From Giardia intestinalis (lineage: Eukaryota), in NCBI GenBank assembly GCA_000002435.2, contig CM018792.1: a stretch of 64,000 nt of DNA; one strand, 5' to 3'. Of this stretch, positions 7,998 to 17,360 are shown piece after piece. The notes under the pieces were generated by a model. It saw only the letters and a list, made by a program, of their open reading frames with translations, was not told the DNA's origin and searched no databases. The stretch's first letter is position 1. Each line of letters starts with the position of its first letter. Both the position numbers and the translations under genes were made by a program.

Positions 7998-10900
7998 TTA
8001 CTGGGGCCTTCTTTTACCGGGCATGGCAGTCTGTGGTGGAGTGGTGAGCTTACGAGTTGTGGATGGCCTGCTTGCCGTGTTGGACTTAGCACCGGTACTC
8101 GGTCGTCCTTTCTTGCCCTTGGCTCCCTTCTTGCCCTTCTTGCCTTTGGTGCTCTTAGTAGGTCGAGGAGGCGTTTCAGGAGGAGTGAGCAAAGACTCGG
8201 TCACATCATAGCCGATGGGTCTTGCAATGGTATATGTCCCCGCGGCGACAGGAGCCATGCGCTCTATCACCTGGGCCATTATGTCTGGGTTCATCGCCCC
8301 TGTTGTCCTGTTTAGGTGTCTGCTTTGATAAGCACGGTTGATGATCTGGTTGTAGCTGTTTCTGAGGAGCTCAACCAACTTCTCTGCCTTCTTATTAATT
8401 TCTTCAACCTGCTTAATCTTTTGCTGGAGCTCACCTGCCTTCGCTTCCAGATCATCTATTTCTGCTTGATGAGTTAATTCTGCCTCTGTCATTTGCTTCA
8501 TGATATTTTGGTATTCCTCGTCAGCCTTGGATACGGCGAGCACTTCTTCGGCCAAATTGGCTTGTGCATTGGTTATTTGCTGCTGTATTTGGGCTGTAAT
8601 TAACGGTATCCGCTCTGTCTGTGCTTCGGTAGATTCCACAGCAATGTGTGATGCATCTTCTGTTTGCCTTATCTTCTGCTCTAGACTGGCCTTTTGCCGG
8701 ATAAACGCGTCCACCATTTCCTCTGTAAGAGCCTGAATCGAGCGTCTATGGCTGTCAGCCTCTGCCACCGTCTGAGTCATGAAATCGAGCTCTTCCTGAA
8801 GGATGTTCAATTGCTGCGTTTCTATCTTGTGCTCTGCAATCTGCTGCCTAAGCTTAGATGGGACACTCATTGTCACTGAACGTCGATTTCGTTTGAGAAT
8901 ATCTAAAAGTTTCAATGCGCTGGCATGCGAAACCTGGTTGCCACGCATTATCACCGTGGTGAGATTCTTGTTTTCCATAAGCATCGCTATGCCTATGTCG
9001 CCACCCTTAGACCCGATAAAGTTATCTCTTAAGTTCAAGCATACTAGGCTAGGCAAATTCAAACAAGCGAATGCCAGGGCGATAAATCCCGTATCTGAAA
9101 TGTGGCAAGTGGCTAAGTCGAGCGATCGAAGGCTCTTATTTACGCGTTCAGGGTTCAATAGCCTTGGTTTAGGCCGATATAGCTTTGCGCGCTCGAAGTC
9201 TGTGTAATACGAAATCACTTCGTTCATGTCCAGCTGGTCACAAAGGAGGGCACTGGCCAAGAGAGTTGCTCCGTGGTTATCGAGCTTGTTGTACGAAAGG
9301 TTTATGTGTCTGAACTGTGGTCTTGTACTGGCCAGTTTGCAAAAGTAGGCAATCCCTTGCTCGCGGATTCCATTAGACGAAAGATTGAGAGATGTAATAT
9401 TTGAATATTTAAGGTTTTGAAGATCTACATACGGTATGTATGTGCTATCTATTCCCATGTTGACGGCCAGTTGCTCCATCTGTGAGTACAAATCGTCCAA
9501 ACTTTGAGCATCCTCATTAACCTCATGCCCCTCTTCGGGGTTATATTCGCCATGATAGAGTGGCAGTTGCTTTGTCGTTTCGTTAATACTATTCTCCGAT
9601 ATATTGACAAAATGAGAATCATCGTCAGCTGTGTGCGCGTCGTTAACCATGGGTGTCTCACTATCCCTGGCCAGCAGCTCCATTGTTCTGTCTGCCATAC
9701 TATCGATAACATCCTCAGTGTTACTCGCGCCTGCAAAGCGGACGAATTCCTGAGGCTCTTTGGTGGGTTGCCCTCTGTCCCTAGAAGGAATGGCCACCTT
9801 GGTAACTATTTTGCCGGCAGTATCTCTTATTATAACAAGCTTGTTAGGGGCATTGCGCTTACCCTCGATTATTTTGTCAAAAAAGTCTTGCATATGATCG
9901 TATTCAGCCATCTGAACGTCTTGTTCCTCAGGCTTTTGTTCATCGTGAATAACTTTTTTAAGGAAGGCGTTGAAGTGGTCCCTATCAAGGCTGACGTCGA
10001 TGAGTGGGTTGGATAGTACACCACATATAATGGACACACCATCATCACCAAGTGCGCAGTTTTCCATTGCGAGAGTCGTCAGAGACCTAGAGCAAGACAG
10101 CCCATGTGCAATTGACATGGCCCCATCCAACCCCAAGGGGTTTCCAGACAAGTACAATTCTTGTAGAACACATCTAGGATTAGCAATAATGCAAGCTACC
10201 ATCGGCGCTGTGATAAACGTCATATGATTCCGCGACAAGTCGAGCCGTAGAAGAGACCCGTTGCGCCCCAGGCCGCGCAGAACTGCCGTGACACCGGCAT
10301 TTCCAAGTCGGTTAGCAGATAGATCAAGTGCGGTGAGTGTTGTGTTAACAGCGAGCATCGCACCTATGCTTGTCGGTCCATCTATGTCCAAAGACGCTGC
10401 ACCGAAACGACGCCGAGCGGTGCTGGATCCAGCCGGCCCATCAATCCCAGCTAAACCAATAAAGTTACCATTAAGGCCCAGATACTTCAATGTGTTGTTG
10501 TACATCAGCGCTTTCGCAATCCGAGCTGCAGAAGACGAATCAACGTAGTTGTTGTGGAGAGTTCCCGAAGAAGAGAACCCTTGTCTGCGTGGAGCTGCAA
10601 AAATGTATCCGGTCGGCTTTCCAAGCTCTATAGCTTCCAAGCCAGTGCCTCCCTGCAAAATCTCTGCCAGAGCCATACAGCCCTCCGTACCAATATTGTT
10701 ACAGCCCACACAGAGGCGCTTAAATGTTGAGTGCCGCTCTGAAAACTTCAACAAAGCCATGAAGCCGGTATCTTTAAGCATATTGTCATAGGCATCAATA
10801 TATGTAATTTGGTCAGATTCTAGACGCTTCATAAGAGTGATGGCACCTGCAGGACCAATCCGTATGGAACGTACTGACATACCGTTGCCTTTACTGGACC

Positions 10901-11015
10901 GAAAGACTTTGGTCATCCAATCCAAACCCTCCCTTGATGGAAGCTCCTCATTATCACGGCATATAGACAAGTAAACATCACGTATGAAATCTTGAGTGGA
11001 CCAAATGGGCTCCAT
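7998..11015 (-). CDS. RNI-type leucine-rich-repeat protein with a long coiled coil and a lysine-rich tail
   Basis: LRRs ('LTALDLSANRLGNAGVTAVLRGL', 'LLRLDLSRNHM', 'LQELYLSGNPLGLDG'), a heptad-rich ~250-aa segment, and a C-terminal 'KSTKGKKGKKGAKGKKGRP'. Confidence 0.6.
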   Translation of the reverse strand: MEPIWSTQDFIRDVYLSICRDNEELPSREGLDWMTKVFRSSKGNGMSVRSIRIGPAGAITLMKRLESDQITYIDAYDNMLKDTGFMALLKFSERHSTFKRLCVGCNNIGTEGCMALAEILQGGTGLEAIELGKPTGYIFAAPRRQGFSSSGTLHNNYVDSSSAARIAKALMYNNTLKYLGLNGNFIGLAGIDGPAGSSTARRRFGAASLDIDGPTSIGAMLAVNTTLTALDLSANRLGNAGVTAVLRGLGRNGSLLRLDLSRNHMTFITAPMVACIIANPRCVLQELYLSGNPLGLDGAMSIAHGLSCSRSLTTLAMENCALGDDGVSIICGVLSNPLIDVSLDRDHFNAFLKKVIHDEQKPEEQDVQMAEYDHMQDFFDKIIEGKRNAPNKLVIIRDTAGKIVTKVAIPSRDRGQPTKEPQEFVRFAGASNTEDVIDSMADRTMELLARDSETPMVNDAHTADDDSHFVNISENSINETTKQLPLYHGEYNPEEGHEVNEDAQSLDDLYSQMEQLAVNMGIDSTYIPYVDLQNLKYSNITSLNLSSNGIREQGIAYFCKLASTRPQFRHINLSYNKLDNHGATLLASALLCDQLDMNEVISYYTDFERAKLYRPKPRLLNPERVNKSLRSLDLATCHISDTGFIALAFACLNLPSLVCLNLRDNFIGSKGGDIGIAMLMENKNLTTVIMRGNQVSHASALKLLDILKRNRRSVTMSVPSKLRQQIAEHKIETQQLNILQEELDFMTQTVAEADSHRRSIQALTEEMVDAFIRQKASLEQKIRQTEDASHIAVESTEAQTERIPLITAQIQQQITNAQANLAEEVLAVSKADEEYQNIMKQMTEAELTHQAEIDDLEAKAGELQQKIKQVEEINKKAEKLVELLRNSYNQIINRAYQSRHLNRTTGAMNPDIMAQVIERMAPVAAGTYTIARPIGYDVTESLLTPPETPPRPTKSTKGKKGKKGAKGKKGRPSTGAKSNTASRPSTTRKLTTPPQTAMPGKRRPQ

Positions 11016-11099
11016 TCCTGCAGGAAGGTGTGGGCTACGTTAGAAGGCTAGCTGAAACTAAGATTTTGATTTTTATTCTTAACCAAACGATGCCTACTT

Positions 11100-11726
11100 T
11101 TACTTCTTAAGGAACTTGACGAATCTTCCTCTTCCCTTTCCACGTTGCGCCCTGCCACCACTTGGTCCTCCTTGACGCTCTCTCTGTGGACCAACGTACG
11201 TGCGCTTTGGAATGACGGTTAACTGTTCTCCATGAAAGAGCGTCCCATGCTTTGTGGCGATGACCCGGTTAACATCCTCGATTGTCGAGCACTTGATCAC
11301 AGCTGTGCGCAGCCCGCGGAACCCGTTTCTTCCCATATGCACCGCCTGGACTGAGCAAATTGCGCCAAATTCGTTACGCAGCATCACTTCTGTAACCGTC
11401 CGGGCAATATTTGTCACAAAAACAGAAACCTTGTCCGTCTCAGTTTGGATGTATAGAGAGTCGTCGCCCTTCTCCTCTGGAAGCTCTGAGACCAAGGTAT
11501 CGAGATCTATTTCTGCTGATTGAATGTCTGCAAGCTGTAGCAACGTGTGGAGGAGGACAAAGCCATTATCGGGAAGGGTCTTGAAGTATGCATAATCAGG
11601 GTCATCTGGCTCTACTAACTGCACAGTTGATTCGTCGGGAATACTCGTGCCTTCACCCTTTACTGCGTCCTCTCCCTGGCCCTTATTCTTCTCGGCCTGT
11701 CTTTGTCGCAGTAGAGTCAAGCTCAT
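11100..11726 (-). CDS. Putative RNA-binding protein with an RRM-like domain and a C-terminal RGG/RG box (from the first ATG that does not overlap the gene at 11865)
   Basis: 'VFVTNIARTVTEVMLRNEFGAICSVQAV...GFRGLRTAVIKCSTIEDVNRVIATKHGTLFHGEQLTV' followed by 'RERQGGPSGGRAQRGKGRGRF'. Confidence 0.45.
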   Translation of the reverse strand: MSLTLLRQRQAEKNKGQGEDAVKGEGTSIPDESTVQLVEPDDPDYAYFKTLPDNGFVLLHTLLQLADIQSAEIDLDTLVSELPEEKGDDSLYIQTETDKVSVFVTNIARTVTEVMLRNEFGAICSVQAVHMGRNGFRGLRTAVIKCSTIEDVNRVIATKHGTLFHGEQLTVIPKRTYVGPQRERQGGPSGGRAQRGKGRGRFVKFLKK

Positions 11727-11864
11727 CCGTCCTCCAGCTCGTCCCGGCTCAACGTTGCTGGACTTGTTAAGCTTTTTGCCATATGCAATGAAGTAAAATA
11801 CAACAGAGTTTGACCATAAGATGTGCGCGTAATTTGAATAATTCTGGAGTAGAAAAAATCTTCT

Positions 11865-14021
11865 ATGGTTAACGAGCTCGATTGGTGGACTGCCGTGGAG
11901 AATAGCAATGTGCCCATGCTTCTGGGAATAGTATCTGTTTACGCCGGCTGCCGCAATCATGTTGGTCAGACTGCGTTGCACATGGCTGTCCAGATGCAGA
12001 GCGTCGCCATGATCCAGGTCCTGGCTGCGCACGAACATTCACTCCTGACTCCCGACGGCCGCACCGCGCTTATGTTAGCGATTGAGGGGAAGTACCTCGA
12101 GGGTATCGATCTCCTTGTGCCGTATGAAGCTGAGTATATAACGCCTCTGGGAACCACTGCGCTGATGTATGCTGCACAGGTAGGATACGTCCCAGCTGTG
12201 GAGAGACTCCTTGGGTATAACCTGGGCCTCGTTGATAGCTCAAATCGCACCGCACTTATCTATGCTGTGGAGCACAAGAACACGGAAGCAATGAAGTTGA
12301 TCCTGTCCAAGGGAGGAGCATCGTTCATGGCGGATGCTAGGTCTGCGCTGGACATTGCAAAGAGCACAAACCAAGACCTTGCTGCCAGGATATTGACCGA
12401 TTATATTTCCAAGCATGAGTATCTCGGGCAGGAAGTCGATCAGGGACCACTTGTGCCCAACTCTGGAGACACTACTAATAGTCTCAATCGTATTACCGGT
12501 GTTATGGAAGATCTTGATGAAGTGAAGAGCATTCTTAGCGCAATTCAGAAATCTGCCAATCCTATCGATGTAGAGGCAGTGCTAGCAGAGGAGCGACGTC
12601 TTTCTAGTACTAGCCCAGATAAGGGTAGCATGAACACAACGAGCCCTCTTACAAATAGTTTTAGATACAAAGCAGATATTGTGTCTCCCGTGCGTGGCAC
12701 GTCCCAAAATAACAATGACAGTTCTTCTCTTTATCCTGCGCCCAACGGTGGCAACGATGGCCTAGATTCCATAATGCGTATCAACCCAATAGAAACTGAG
12801 ATTAACACGCTCAAAGCCAGTTTCCGGTCTATCGGCAATACTGGCAAGCCATATGTAACAAAGTCAGGCAAGCTCATTAGCACACCTTCGTCTGAACTAA
12901 ACTCGGCTGCTAACACTCCTACTGGCCCTGGGATAACTGACACCAGACGGATGAGGGGTGCTAGGGAGTCGACGGTAGGGAAACAGTCGGGCATTACTTC
13001 TTCTTTTACTCAGAGCAAGCTTGCTAGCACTACTCGTGGAGTGACGAGCATCACTGCATCGAAGCGCGCATTTTCAATCGCCCGCCAAAGGCGCCCACTG
13101 TGTTTCGGGGAGGATAATCTCGGAAAAGCCTCCGTTGTCTCCGGTATAGATCTAAACGCTACTAAGAATCACTCTTCAACGATGAAACTGGACAATAATG
13201 ACCACACTGCCCTTATGGAAGCGGCACGCCTCGGAAACGTTTCTCGCGTTAAGGAACTTATCAAATCGGAATCGGGAAGGCAAAATAAAGATGGCTATAG
13301 TGCCCTGATGTATGCCAGTATAATGGACCAGCTAGAATGTGCACAAATCCTGATTCCTTACGAGGTTGGCTTGACTACTGACAACGGTTGGACATCGCTC
13401 ATGCTTGCAGCAGAAATGGGAAACATCCGCTTGGTCAACGAGCTTTTGCCTCACGAGGCCTGCTATCAGGACCACGATGGGTATACTGCCCTTATGATAG
13501 CTGCCGAAGAGGGACATGGAGACGTGGTAAAGCTCCTCATTTCAAAGGAGGCGGGTATGAATGATAACCAGGGTGGCTCTGCACTTATGAGGGCCGCGTC
13601 CAACGGGCACTCCAACATTGTCGCACTATTGGTGCCCCACGAAGGTGGGATGCAACGTAAAGACGGATACACCGCCCTCATGAGTGCTGCGTACCATGGA
13701 CATCTGGCTTCTGCTGAGCTATTGGTTCCTGAAGAGGCTGGAATGACAATGGGTGACGGCTGGACGGCCTTGATGTGTGCTGCACAGAATGGGCACTTAG
13801 GTGTTGTCCGATGTCTAGGTTCTGAGGAAGGAATGAAGACTATCTCTGGCTGGTGCGCCGTTATGAGCGCCGCAAGCAACAACCACCGCAAAGTGGTCGA
13901 TCTGTTAGTCAATGAGGTCCCTATAAAAGATAAGTCGGGAAATGACGCACGCACCTATGCTAAGCTAAATGGTCACGACGCACTCTTTGATTACATGTCC
14001 GGGTATGAAAGAAGAAGGTAA
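11865..14021 (+). CDS. Protein 21.1-type ankyrin-repeat protein (N- and C-terminal ankyrin blocks separated by a Ser/Thr-rich linker)
   Basis: Many 'GxTALMxAAxxGH' units and ~250 aa of S/T/N-rich low-complexity sequence in the middle. Confidence 0.8.
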   Translation: MVNELDWWTAVENSNVPMLLGIVSVYAGCRNHVGQTALHMAVQMQSVAMIQVLAAHEHSLLTPDGRTALMLAIEGKYLEGIDLLVPYEAEYITPLGTTALMYAAQVGYVPAVERLLGYNLGLVDSSNRTALIYAVEHKNTEAMKLILSKGGASFMADARSALDIAKSTNQDLAARILTDYISKHEYLGQEVDQGPLVPNSGDTTNSLNRITGVMEDLDEVKSILSAIQKSANPIDVEAVLAEERRLSSTSPDKGSMNTTSPLTNSFRYKADIVSPVRGTSQNNNDSSSLYPAPNGGNDGLDSIMRINPIETEINTLKASFRSIGNTGKPYVTKSGKLISTPSSELNSAANTPTGPGITDTRRMRGARESTVGKQSGITSSFTQSKLASTTRGVTSITASKRAFSIARQRRPLCFGEDNLGKASVVSGIDLNATKNHSSTMKLDNNDHTALMEAARLGNVSRVKELIKSESGRQNKDGYSALMYASIMDQLECAQILIPYEVGLTTDNGWTSLMLAAEMGNIRLVNELLPHEACYQDHDGYTALMIAAEEGHGDVVKLLISKEAGMNDNQGGSALMRAASNGHSNIVALLVPHEGGMQRKDGYTALMSAAYHGHLASAELLVPEEAGMTMGDGWTALMCAAQNGHLGVVRCLGSEEGMKTISGWCAVMSAASNNHRKVVDLLVNEVPIKDKSGNDARTYAKLNGHDALFDYMSGYERRR

Positions 14022-14050
14022 ATGCTTTTTATAAATTATAAAGAGAGGGC

Positions 14051-15493
14051 ATGCAGCTGGCCAGCGTCGAGGATTGGTTTAGGGCCGTATCGAACAGGGA
14101 GTACCGCCTTGTTTCCACCAACCTATTCCAGTATAAGCAGTCTCGAGACAGCAAGGGAGAGACTGCGCTTATGTGGGCGGCGCGCCACGGCGACTTGGAG
14201 CTTGTCCACATACTGGCCCCAGCCGAGCATGCAATGGTCAACAGCGAGGGCTACACATCTATTATGCTTGCGGCGGCCGGAAACCACTACGAGATATGTA
14301 AGATATTGGCTCCCTTTGAGGCTCGCGACACACTTCCAGATGGCAGGACTGCCCTTATGTTAGCAGCAGAGGCGGGCTCGCTGGAATCAGTACAGGTGTT
14401 GGTACGTTATAATAGATTCAGTTTTGACAAGCGAGGACGAACAGCATTGACAATAGCCGCGGAAAATAATCGGATTGATTGTGTTATAGAGCTCCTAGAT
14501 GGCGTTCATGGGCGATACTGCTATGATTCTAGGATGGCCTTGATCATAGCAGCCGAGAAGCATTATGAGGAGCTGGCTAAGCTTCTTGCGGATTATATTT
14601 CCGAGGCTCAACCAAATTTACTGCAGGAGCATGCGCCGGTAGGCGAAAAGGACGACTCCAATCTGCTTAGTATGGATACGTCGAACATCGTGGTGGACGT
14701 GCAGTCAGATTTTGCAGAATTAAGAAAGCTACTTAAGCTGTACAAGGAAGAGGCAGCTGCTAAGGATCTAGCGCTTCTAAATATGAACTCTCTTCTAGTG
14801 GAGGCCGATACAACAGACGCTCGCAGTGCAAACCAGTCTCTTAGCGAGGCATCTAGACTGTCAAGCTCTCTTGTCACTAGAACGGGCTTATTTGATAGTG
14901 GGGGTCCAGGCAACTCCCCTGGCTCCATTATTGGTATGGGGAGGGCTGCCAATCTTGAGAGGCTTCTACGGGACGTCCCCCAGCCTTACCAAAACGCACT
15001 CATGACCGCCTCCCTAACTCGAATGTATGAGAGCGATGACTGCATGACTGCAATGATGGGGGCAGCATACCTTGGCCACGTGGCTGTTGTGGAGGCCCTA
15101 ATGGACACTGAGGCTGCTCGCCGAAACAAGACGGGGCATACGGCTTTAATGATCGCAATTCAATATGATCACCAGAAGGTCGCTGAATTACTGATACCCC
15201 TCGAGTTTGGTATTGTCGACAATGAAGGCTGGACAGCCCTTATGCTGGCGGCCCAACGCGGGAATATCCATTTGGTGACTCAACTTATCGATCACGAAGC
15301 TGGCGCCCAAGCAAATGATGGGTGGACAGCTTTGATGAGTGCTGCGTTTAATGGACACTTAGAATGTACCCGGATTCTGGCTTCTGTCGAAGGAGGAATC
15401 GTGGACTATCATGGGAAAAGTGCATCCCAATATGCACAGGAAGCAGGCCACACTGAGATAGCCCGTCTTCTTCTGGATATGACTGGGATATGA
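14051..15493 (+). CDS. Protein 21.1-type ankyrin-repeat protein, in tandem with the previous gene
   Basis: Ankyrin units at both ends (GETALMWAARHGD..., GHTALMIAIQYDH..., GWTALMSAAFNGH...) and a central acidic/coiled segment. Confidence 0.8.
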   Translation: MQLASVEDWFRAVSNREYRLVSTNLFQYKQSRDSKGETALMWAARHGDLELVHILAPAEHAMVNSEGYTSIMLAAAGNHYEICKILAPFEARDTLPDGRTALMLAAEAGSLESVQVLVRYNRFSFDKRGRTALTIAAENNRIDCVIELLDGVHGRYCYDSRMALIIAAEKHYEELAKLLADYISEAQPNLLQEHAPVGEKDDSNLLSMDTSNIVVDVQSDFAELRKLLKLYKEEAAAKDLALLNMNSLLVEADTTDARSANQSLSEASRLSSSLVTRTGLFDSGGPGNSPGSIIGMGRAANLERLLRDVPQPYQNALMTASLTRMYESDDCMTAMMGAAYLGHVAVVEALMDTEAARRNKTGHTALMIAIQYDHQKVAELLIPLEFGIVDNEGWTALMLAAQRGNIHLVTQLIDHEAGAQANDGWTALMSAAFNGHLECTRILASVEGGIVDYHGKSASQYAQEAGHTEIARLLLDMTGI

Positions 15494-15516
15494 TCACCTA
15501 CTTTCTTATTCTAGTA

Positions 15517-17331
15517 CTAATATGCCTCAACGTGAACTCTATTCTCAGAGCGCATTGTACGGTATTTCTCTGCTCCCACCATGTTTTCAATCACTTTATT
15601 AGATGTATCAACCGCATCATTTGCAGGCCCGCAATAATATACACTCAAGTCCGGTCTATTCAGATCTCTCAACAATCTATCAGGAATGGATGACGAATGG
15701 ATAACGTCCCCCATACGCTTCCCTTTGTAAATGTGCAAAAATGTTCCGTGTGCTGATGTGAAGCTATCTATGTCTAAGCCCTTGCCTTGATTATCTGTCC
15801 CATCATCTCTAGTGAGGCAAAGAACTACGTTTATGACCCCATTCTCCACATCTCGACGGAGCTCCTCTAAAAGCTGCGGCTCTGCATGCGGTATGCTTAA
15901 TAAGAGTAAGTAAGGAGCTAAAGTCTCCACACCATCCATACTAGCTATGGCTGAACGGAGTTCATGATATGCACGGAATGGAGCAAAACCCGAGCCAAAT
16001 GCAACTCCAATGAGTGCCGTCTTTCCACCAAGTAACATAGTAAGCCCAGAATCGCTGAGAAATTGGTTCTGTAGTATTGCAATACGGATGGGCTCGTTAG
16101 AGATAAGAGCTCGTTGAAGATACGAGGGGCCCAAACTATTCTGGATAGAATGTCCATTTCTTGGCTTTGGATTGCCTACTAAAAGGTCCACAGTGCATAC
16201 AGTGTTAGAATCTTCATCCGGATGAGGTAAGGATGCAACACTGTAAAGTCTAGGGTCGATACGAGGACACACACGCAAAAACTTGCCCAGAGGTATCCGT
16301 AGACTGCTAAAATCCAACAGAAAATCATAGATGGTAGGCCATTGGTAAGACAGAATGTCAAATAGAACTGCGTCTTCCGTGAGATACTTTAATTTGAACT
16401 TGTCCTCTGAAGTAGTAGCATATGGGGCTAAAAACGAAATGAGGTTGTACGATGGCTTTGCATTCACGTTACATACGCGACTCAGCAAGTCAACAATCGA
16501 GATAGGATCAGCGGGAAGGTCTGGATCATGAGGGGAATCGATCTGTATAAAGGCAGTAGAGTCTATCGATGTGTCATGCAATGTAAGTACTCCCAAATCG
16601 AGCAGACGATTTATCATGGATTCCTCTATACGTGGGTATACTGCAATGTGTGCTCCTGGAACAAGCATAGGCGAAAGAGTGCTAGGAACGTGCAAATGAT
16701 AAATCCATCCAAAGCTGCTGAGCATGGTGGCAGACAATAACGTAGATTCAGTGATCCGGGGATCAAATAGAGTGTTTTCTGATAAATCGGCGAGATTTTC
16801 TTCGCCGAGTTTCCTTACCGGCACATCCAGAACATGGGAGTCAGTAGTGCCAATTGCAGTGAGAAACTTTTTAACCCAAAGCTGTAACCCTGTCTCCAAC
16901 TCTGATGTGTCTAAGTGGATGGGTTCGACAAGGGTAGGAATGCTGTGACTCTTAAACACGGCTACAGCATCTTGCGATGCTGCACAGAATTGGTGATACT
17001 TGATAGATCCTATGCCTAAAACAGCTATTCGTCTACTAGACCCCAAAAGTTGAGGATTTGCTTCGCGTTTATTGAGCCAGTGACGTGGTCCGGGTTTTGA
17101 CTGCTGCTTAAGGCTTTTCATTAAAGCGTGTGCACTCTGCGGATGCTGTCCGAGTCCATGCGTAGATGTAAGGTAGAGAAGGTCGCCCGTCGGCAAGTCT
17201 TCGAGCGTCCTGATATTCTTGACGTCATACAACTGGGTGGCTATTCCTCGTGAATCCAGAAGCGCTGCTATCTTGTGTGCTAGATTTCTGGCCGTCCCAC
17301 CCACCGTTGCATACACTATGCTCAGGGCCAT
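15517..17331 (-). CDS. Diflavin NADPH oxidoreductase (CPR/Tah18/NDOR1 family)
   Basis: N-terminal flavodoxin-like FMN domain (IVYATVGGTARNLAHKIA...), the FAD motif 'RLYSVAS', and the NADPH motif 'GSGFAPFRA'. Confidence 0.8.
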   Translation of the reverse strand: MALSIVYATVGGTARNLAHKIAALLDSRGIATQLYDVKNIRTLEDLPTGDLLYLTSTHGLGQHPQSAHALMKSLKQQSKPGPRHWLNKREANPQLLGSSRRIAVLGIGSIKYHQFCAASQDAVAVFKSHSIPTLVEPIHLDTSELETGLQLWVKKFLTAIGTTDSHVLDVPVRKLGEENLADLSENTLFDPRITESTLLSATMLSSFGWIYHLHVPSTLSPMLVPGAHIAVYPRIEESMINRLLDLGVLTLHDTSIDSTAFIQIDSPHDPDLPADPISIVDLLSRVCNVNAKPSYNLISFLAPYATTSEDKFKLKYLTEDAVLFDILSYQWPTIYDFLLDFSSLRIPLGKFLRVCPRIDPRLYSVASLPHPDEDSNTVCTVDLLVGNPKPRNGHSIQNSLGPSYLQRALISNEPIRIAILQNQFLSDSGLTMLLGGKTALIGVAFGSGFAPFRAYHELRSAIASMDGVETLAPYLLLLSIPHAEPQLLEELRRDVENGVINVVLCLTRDDGTDNQGKGLDIDSFTSAHGTFLHIYKGKRMGDVIHSSSIPDRLLRDLNRPDLSVYYCGPANDAVDTSNKVIENMVGAEKYRTMRSENRVHVEAY

Positions 17332-17350
17332 TTCAATACAGGGGTCACCA

Positions 17351-17357
17351 ATTTACT
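17351..17357 (-). terminator. AGTAAAT polyadenylation signal for CTP synthase
   Basis: On the minus strand, AGTAAAT lies 4-10 nt past the stop. The whole intergenic region to the next ATG (17331) is only 29 nt. Confidence 0.4.
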
Positions 17358-17360
17358 TAA

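Noticed and set aside
11727-12038. N-terminal 104 codons of the track ORF 11100-12038(-)
   Set aside because: They overlap the well-supported ankyrin gene starting at 11865(+) and read as non-protein-like sequence. The RRM-like protein was started at the internal ATG at 11726.
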